From: an uncultured virus (IMG/VR IMGVR_UViG_3300022555_000042)
Lineage: Duplodnaviria > Heunggongvirae > Uroviricota > Caudoviricetes
Reading direction: 5' to 3' (one strand)
DNA length: 20,000 bases
IMG/VR virus record: IMGVR_UViG_3300022555_000042
Shown: positions 14,984 through 20,000 of the stretch, piece after piece
Layout of the letters: each line of letters begins with the position of its first letter
Numbering within the stretch: position 1 is the first letter of the stretch
Position numbers and translations under genes: made by a program
The notes under the pieces: model-generated
Told to the model about the DNA's origin: nothing
What the model saw: only the letters and a program-made list of their open reading frames with translations
Database searches by the model: none

Positions 14984-14999
14984 CGCGCCGAGCAGGACT
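14984..14999 (-). pseudogene. 3' remnant of ancestral tRNA (Trp-like, G73)
   Basis: Reverse complement AGT-CCTGC-TCGGCGC-G; TCGGCGC pairs with GCGCCGG at 15100-15106. Confidence 0.75.
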
Positions 15000-15001
15000 A
15001 A

Positions 15002-15074
15002 CACGGTAGGAGAGGCTCGAACTCTCAAATGCCGGTTTTGGAGACCGGTGCTGTGCCGCTACAGCTTCTACCGT
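15002..15074 (-). tRNA. tRNA-Trp(CCA), divergent (A8/U14)
   Basis: Reverse complement ACGGTAG-AA-GCTG-TAGCGGCA-CAGC-A-CCGGT-CTCCAAA-ACCGG-CATTT-GAGAG-TTCGAGC-CTCTC-CTACCGT-G. Confidence 0.92.
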
Positions 15075-15083
15075 ATATCATTA

Positions 15084-15106
15084 TCTGCCAATTGAGCTAC
15101 CGGCGC
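15084..15106 (-). pseudogene. 5' remnant of ancestral tRNA (Trp-like)
   Basis: Reverse complement GCGCCGG-TA-GCTC-AATTGGCA-GA: canonical acceptor strand plus D arm. Confidence 0.8.
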
Positions 15107-15328
15107 TTATAATCTGCGACCCTTGTGGGAATCGTCGATTTCTTCGATTTTGGTTTCATCTTCCAGGACTGGTTCCTTGGGGACTTCGGTGAGGTACCCA
15201 CTCTCGGCCATTTCCCGTTTGATGATGCCGATGCATTTGGGGCAGTAGGCCATGTGGGGCATGGCGTTGCCGTTGCAGCGGCGGCATTTCATGATCTTGG
15301 AAGCCTTCTTTTTGGGTTTCGGTTTCAT
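15107..15328 (-). CDS. small CxxC-CxxC protein
   Basis: CRRC...CPKC; GGAGG RBS. Confidence 0.7.
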   Translation of the reverse strand: MKPKPKKKASKIMKCRRCNGNAMPHMAYCPKCIGIIKREMAESGYLTEVPKEPVLEDETKIEEIDDSHKGRRL

Positions 15329-15555
15329 ATCATCCTCCGTGGAACGCTGTCAGCCTCACTGGTCCGACGACCTCGGTAGATTACTCTAATCATAGGTTTG
15401 GGTTTGGGGGTTTCTACCGAGGGTGGGGGTGGTGGGGCTTTTCCGGTCCCATTGCAGAGGAGGCATTTGCGGTAGGGCCACCAGCGTAGGATTAGGACCC
15501 AGCCATGACCATGGCAGTATCCGCAGAGTGGTAGTGGTGTGGGGGCTGTGGCCAT
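15325..15555 (-). CDS. small DnaJ-type Zn-finger protein
   Basis: CGYCHGHG...CLLCNGTG repeats; start 15555 or 15591. Confidence 0.65.
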   Translation of the reverse strand: MATAPTPLPLCGYCHGHGWVLILRWWPYRKCLLCNGTGKAPPPPPSVETPKPKPMIRVIYRGRRTSEADSVPRRMI

Positions 15556-15578
15556 GGGGATATTTACTCGTGCAGTAA

Positions 15579-15998
15579 TTAGATTGGCCACGCTTCCAGA
15601 CCTTCAATGTACCTCCTAATGGATGCTCGAAGCATGCTTCTTACGTAGAGGTTTAGGGGGTATGCTTCGAGCATGTCACCAGTGATTTCTTGCACTCTTG
15701 GCGTGTGCGTTACCGGCCATTGGCCTTTGGCGTAGGGGTGTTCTTCGGGGCCGGTGGATCCTTTGATGTAGGCGTAGAGGACGCCATCGGTGACAATTTG
15801 GCCGTAGTAGTTTAGGCTCATGCCCCAGTAGTCGAAGAGGAACCCAATGGTGGGTCTGAGGGCGGCCATGTTGATTACATTTTCGTCAAAGATTGGCTTC
15901 TGGGCCGTTACGATGTGGCCATCATTTACTTGGACCATGTCCACGAGTTCGTAGCTGTTAAACCATTGGGTGTAGTTGTCAGCGAAATGATGTATCAT
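15579..15998 (-). CDS. hypothetical protein
   Basis: ORF from MIHHFAD; upstream extension overlaps the endonuclease relic. Confidence 0.65.
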   Translation of the reverse strand: MIHHFADNYTQWFNSYELVDMVQVNDGHIVTAQKPIFDENVINMAALRPTIGFLFDYWGMSLNYYGQIVTDGVLYAYIKGSTGPEEHPYAKGQWPVTHTPRVQEITGDMLEAYPLNLYVRSMLRASIRRYIEGLEAWPI

Positions 15999-16008
15999 AA
16001 CGCGTCTT

Positions 16009-16290
16009 TTAGCCAATCCATTTTGATGAATCAATTCCAGCGTATGCCCCGATTGCGCCAAATATTCGTTGAGTAATTTCGCAATCGTTTAGCCTAAGAT
16101 AACAAAGGCCTGTTGAGTAATTTGCGGTTGGTTTTGGCGGTCTGGTTTCTATGCTACCCTTTCGTAGATTGTGTGCGCTTAATCCCAATTTCTGCATCCA
16201 ATACTTTTCAACTTCAGCTAACGTAGGGCCAACTAGCGCATGCGACCGGCAGCGAATTGTTATTCTATCATCTATTTTATAGAATTGTCT
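16009..16290 (-). pseudogene. C-terminal remnant of a putative LAGLIDADG-like protein
   Basis: Frame extends upstream of the track ORF as RQFYKIDDRITIRCRSH...EVEKYWMQKLGL...GLCYLRL....QRIFGAI, with no start codon; family recognised from memory only. Confidence 0.5.
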
Positions 16291-16458
16291 ACATGGAATG
16301 GCATATTGAATGAATTAGAAAAGTGTGAGATTAGATGCGCCAATTGCCATAGACGCAGGACGGCAATTGAGCAGGGATGGATTAAGCTGTACCCGGATAG
16401 GACGAAGAAAGTGCGAGACGACGCTAGAAAAGTACGCCCATCACTTCCCTCCGAATAG
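16282..16458 (+). pseudogene. C-terminal remnant of HNH endonuclease
   Basis: STWNGILNELEKCEIRCANCHRRRT matches the C-terminal half of the window's HNH domains; the CxxC...DH half is missing. Confidence 0.8.
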
Positions 16459-16894
16459 TTTTGAGATCAGCCCAGTTGAGGTACACACCGGCGAACTTAG
16501 GGCTTAGCAAGGAAGTGTCCAATACCCCATATCTCCAGCAGTTCCTTAGCAGTAGGATGTCGCCGTCATAATGACCATAATTGTGAACATCAAATGTGAC
16601 ATTCACTGCCAGCATCGGCTTAGATGTTGGGTTTTCAGAGCTTACTAAGATGTGACGCCCCCGTTTTCTGCCTATTCTCTTGAAGCTGCATAGTTCGACC
16701 TCGTCGATATTATCCAGCTTTATCCTTGTAATTCTGTAATTGAATAATCCGAGTATTCCATTGTAGCCATGGAGGACGAAGCTGCTAGGGATTGGAAGCG
16801 GGAGATGCCATTTAATGAAGGCGTGTCTCCCACTGCGCAGCTCTTCTAGTGCTCTGACCGTTGTTGCTGGCATTTTCGCTTCTGATAGGGGCAT
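16424..16894 (-). CDS. hypothetical protein
   Basis: 156-aa ORF, TAATG coupling. Confidence 0.6.
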   Translation of the reverse strand: MPLSEAKMPATTVRALEELRSGRHAFIKWHLPLPIPSSFVLHGYNGILGLFNYRITRIKLDNIDEVELCSFKRIGRKRGRHILVSSENPTSKPMLAVNVTFDVHNYGHYDGDILLLRNCWRYGVLDTSLLSPKFAGVYLNWADLKTIRREVMGVLF

Positions 16895-17163
16895 TACTTT
16901 CGCAGCTTCCGTGCTTTGGTGTACCCCAGATATCGTAGGAAACTGTCGATCACTATGTCCGTAGCCTCGGCCAGGGCGTCCTCGTCCTCCCCAGATTCCA
17001 TGACCTCAATCAGAGCACGATAGTCTCGCTCAGAGATAAATTCGGTGGCCTTGGACTGAACCTCTTCGGTGAAGGCGTCGTCCAGAATGTTGGCGCAGTG
17101 GTTGTGGCCTTTCATTCTTTTGGCGAGGCGGGCGAGAATTGCTCTAGTCTTCTTGGTTCGCAT
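16894..17163 (-). CDS. hypothetical protein
   Basis: 89-aa ORF in coupled run. Confidence 0.7.
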   Translation of the reverse strand: MRTKKTRAILARLAKRMKGHNHCANILDDAFTEEVQSKATEFISERDYRALIEVMESGEDEDALAEATDIVIDSFLRYLGYTKARKLRK

Positions 17164-17542
17164 CTTTGATGCCCTTGCAAGGGAAATCTAGCCCATTGAG
17201 GAAGTGGCCGGCGGCGTGTTCGAGTTCTTCTCTGCCGCATTTAATACAGTGACGGACGGAGTAGAAGCGTTCGGTGCTGCCGGGGCAGCGGATTTCAGTT
17301 CTCCGCTTGCTCATTTTGTGGGAGGGGTGGGGTGCGCTGAGGTGCCGTTTGCCGGTCTCGTCGCAGTAGGGGCAGTCGACGAGATTGCCTTCGTAAGTGA
17401 GGATTTTACCGATGGGGGCTGTTTTGCGCCTCATGACCCCGTCGCTGCACATGCATTTCTGCGTTCGGGGTTTGCCCTTGGGGGCGCAGCATTCGCAGCG
17501 TTTGGTGATTTTGTATCCGGTCACGGGCTTCGCGGTTTTCAT
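17144..17542 (-). CDS. Cys-rich hypothetical protein
   Basis: CECC, CMC, CPYC and CIKC motifs. Confidence 0.7.
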   Translation of the reverse strand: MKTAKPVTGYKITKRCECCAPKGKPRTQKCMCSDGVMRRKTAPIGKILTYEGNLVDCPYCDETGKRHLSAPHPSHKMSKRRTEIRCPGSTERFYSVRHCIKCGREELEHAAGHFLNGLDFPCKGIKDANQED

Positions 17543-17766
17543 GTGAGTCCTGCGATAATCATTTCGTAAAGTTCATCTTCGATCTCGGACCAGTAGGGTT
17601 GCTCCCCGAATTCGGCTGCGAGCATGTGGATCATGTAGTCGGTGGCTTGTGGTGCCTGGTGGGTGTTGTATTCTGGGTATATGCGATGTACCGTGTCGAA
17701 GAGGGTTTCGCCCTCGGCGTTGGTTCTATTGAGTATGGTTTCTTCGTAGAACTGTCTAGCTTCCAC
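17539..17766 (-). CDS. small acidic hypothetical protein
   Basis: 75 aa; ATGA overlap with next gene. Confidence 0.65.
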   Translation of the reverse strand: MEARQFYEETILNRTNAEGETLFDTVHRIYPEYNTHQAPQATDYMIHMLAAEFGEQPYWSEIEDELYEMIIAGLT

Positions 17767-17805
17767 AGCGCGCCGCCTTTCGCTCTGGGGTGCCGCGCCG
17801 CCGCG

Positions 17806-18228
17806 TCACGAGCAATTGCCCCTCAGTTTCGCAGTCCACTCCAGAATCGCGTCGATAATGCGAGTCCGATCCGTTTCATACATCACATGGCCGAGGCAAT
17901 CTTTTAAGGTGACTGGGATCGCGTCGAATACATTAGGCTTATCGGTTGGCCTGCTTCCAACGCCGCCATAGTATACAGTTAAGTAACCCTCTAAGTCAGT
18001 CAAAATGGAATACCTAGTTTTCTCCCACTCCTCTCCCCAGTTGTCCCACCCCATCCCACTGATTAAGAAATATGGGCTTTTACCTGGTATAATGATTTCG
18101 TCATAATATACAATTCCATCTTGCCAGGTAACCAGCTCAACCATATCTATGGTAATTATGGTATTAGCGCCAGTCTTGAACCGGTGGAATTTGGTGCCGA
18201 TTTTCCAGTGGCCACAATTTTCTAGCAT
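17806..18228 (-). CDS. hypothetical protein
   Basis: 140-aa ORF. Confidence 0.65.
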   Translation of the reverse strand: MLENCGHWKIGTKFHRFKTGANTIITIDMVELVTWQDGIVYYDEIIIPGKSPYFLISGMGWDNWGEEWEKTRYSILTDLEGYLTVYYGGVGSRPTDKPNVFDAIPVTLKDCLGHVMYETDRTRIIDAILEWTAKLRGNCS

Positions 18229-18287
18229 GAAGCCCTGTGATCCTGGGCGCTGCGTCCGGAAAATATAGCATAGCAGGTATATAGCAT

Positions 18288-20000
18288 ATGACCGAACTAA
18301 AAAGCGTCAATTACCCCTCATTCTTCTTATTCCCGTATCATACTGACCGAACCGCCTGGCGGCCCTTCGGCCTACCAATGATACTAGTAGTGCCACACAT
18401 CCGCGATTCTACCGGCAAACGAGACGCTGCCGCTGCCGTATCCCAAGTCCGCATCTACATCTCCGAAAAAGGCAATGCTCCCGTGGCAGGGCATGACCAC
18501 GTAGGGATATTTAAGCCAGGATTCGAAGTTTTTAGCATCACCATCCCGCAACTGGATCTAGAGGCCAAACGGGTGCCGCCTAACGTCATGACCTACCTCG
18601 ACGCTAGCGGCAACACAACTACCGCCGATCTTGCCGTATCCATACAGTTCACCAGCGGCAGCGGCATCATTGGCACCATCCCCTATCTTGGCGATGCTGA
18701 GTACTATGACCTGTCCCTGGTGACCATCCCGACAGAGCAACTCCCAGTTAACCATTATATCTTAAACTATGAAGCCACCTACAATCGGCGGATAGTCTCC
18801 GACAATAATGAGCTGTTGTGTGTCGAAAACCATTCAGTTACCTCAACTTATAGTTTCCTGCTGAACCACCCAGGTGAAGTGCTGTTGATGATGGTCAGCG
18901 GTATGCCATCGCTATACTTTGGCACTGGCTCGAGGGCTACCGATAGCACCGTTGCGTTCTTGCGGCCCTTCTCGGAGCCGTTGCAGGATCTCCACGATGA
19001 GCAGAACTATCTCAAGCAGCTCAACTGGGTTTACAATGTGGCCCCGGAGCACGTGCCATACCTTGGATTTCTATTGGGATGGGAGCTGCCGTACTTTCCG
19101 CGATCGGTGGATGGCCTGCGGAAAGCGGTTTTGCGCAATATTGTGAAGTTGCAGCAATTGAAAGGCAGCAAGCGGGCTGTCCGCGAGCTGTTCGACCTAT
19201 TCGGTTTTGTGGTGAACATCGCCAACGTGTGGTGGACTCCAGATGGAAAGCACTTTGTGGCTCCGGGAGAGGCATTGCCGCAAGAGCCGCAATACGAAAT
19301 CGAATCGACCCCCACCATCACTACCGAGCCGCTACTGGCCAATTTCTATCAGGATGGTTTCGGGGAGACTACGGTTCCACTATCCTATCGCCCCATTGTT
19401 AAGAAAGTCACCATTCGCGCGTACGTTGTTCGAGCTGGGTCGGCGGCACACAATTATATCTCCAATCTAACCAATGAGTTATCCAGTGACTTTGCTTTGC
19501 TAGATTATAGCCCTCCCTCTCTGTTCACTACCCTAGATAGTGGCGTCAGCGGGATTGAGAGTCTGAATGGTATGGTGGGGTCTTCGACGGCCCTTGTCGA
19601 TGAAGATGGCTACGTGAGCCAGATCGCTGTGGCGGGTGATGCTCCGATTTTTCGCAATGGCCTCAAGTTGGATTACATTAGTAATGTTCTGAATATCAGC
19701 CTGAGCCGCCACTACCAGTTCACCGAGGACGACACCAGGCTCTATGTCTTTGCTACCTATGACCACGATAAGGTCACTGTTCCGACGCCAATGGCTTCCC
19801 TTCAATCGAACCGCTTCGACGTCGAGATCATTACCAAAGATGGCGATCAGGTAGACCCAGATGTGGTTCTATTCCTGATCGACTTCTTGATGAGTATTAA
19901 GGCTTTCCATTCACTTTTGCGGAAGGTCTTAGTGGCCATTTTCGCCGACGATACTTATCTGGTCACTGATTATAGTGTGGGTGGTCGCACCGAGCAAGAT
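18288..20000 (+). CDS. baseplate wedge / P2 gpI-like tail protein (partial, runs off window; not in ORF track)
   Basis: Manually translated open frame of 571 codons from ATG 18288; VAPEHVPYLGFLLGWELP...LRKAVLRNIVKLQQLKGSKRAVRELFDLFG is the Tail_P2_I pattern; later LMSIKAFHSLL. Confidence 0.85.
   Translation, partial: MTELKSVNYPSFFLFPYHTDRTAWRPFGLPMILVVPHIRDSTGKRDAAAAVSQVRIYISEKGNAPVAGHDHVGIFKPGFEVFSITIPQLDLEAKRVPPNVMTYLDASGNTTTADLAVSIQFTSGSGIIGTIPYLGDAEYYDLSLVTIPTEQLPVNHYILNYEATYNRRIVSDNNELLCVENHSVTSTYSFLLNHPGEVLLMMVSGMPSLYFGTGSRATDSTVAFLRPFSEPLQDLHDEQNYLKQLNWVYNVAPEHVPYLGFLLGWELPYFPRSVDGLRKAVLRNIVKLQQLKGSKRAVRELFDLFGFVVNIANVWWTPDGKHFVAPGEALPQEPQYEIESTPTITTEPLLANFYQDGFGETTVPLSYRPIVKKVTIRAYVVRAGSAAHNYISNLTNELSSDFALLDYSPPSLFTTLDSGVSGIESLNGMVGSSTALVDEDGYVSQIAVAGDAPIFRNGLKLDYISNVLNISLSRHYQFTEDDTRLYVFATYDHDKVTVPTPMASLQSNRFDVEIITKDGDQVDPDVVLFLIDFLMSIKAFHSLLRKVLVAIFADDTYLVTDYSVGGRTEQD

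Noticed and set aside
18558..19805. Short ORFs listed in the last 1.5 kb
   Set aside because: All lie within the long open baseplate wedge frame starting at 18288.
1..20000. Stop-codon reassignment or suppressor tRNA
   Set aside because: Genes are intact in the standard code, TAA, TAG and TGA all end genes, and no CTA/TCA/TTA anticodon was found.

Overview
Segment of a large tailed-phage genome (host not determinable). It contains a dispersed tRNA array of 12 apparently intact tRNAs, none encoding CCA: Leu TAG/CAG/CAA/GAG, Arg ACG/TCT/CCG, Thr TGT, Pro CGG/TGG, Val TAC and Trp CCA. The array is interleaved with six intact free-standing endonuclease genes (4 HNH, 1 PD-(D/E)XK, 1 Vsr/DUF559-like), two endonuclease relics and small accessory genes (SMR-type transporter, ferritin-like, Rmf-like). 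There is also a 1088-aa FN3/LamG virion-type protein and the start of a baseplate wedge gene. The most striking pattern recurs four times: remnants of an ancestral canonical tRNA gene (Arg, Trp, Thr, Val) flank or precede a divergent replacement tRNA, apparently for the same amino acid, and three of these are coupled to an endonuclease. In one case the tRNA-Val lies in frame and on the same strand inside the endonuclease CDS. This suggests endonuclease-plus-replacement-tRNA homing cassettes whose expression is tied to tRNA processing. All calls were made by eye, without searches.
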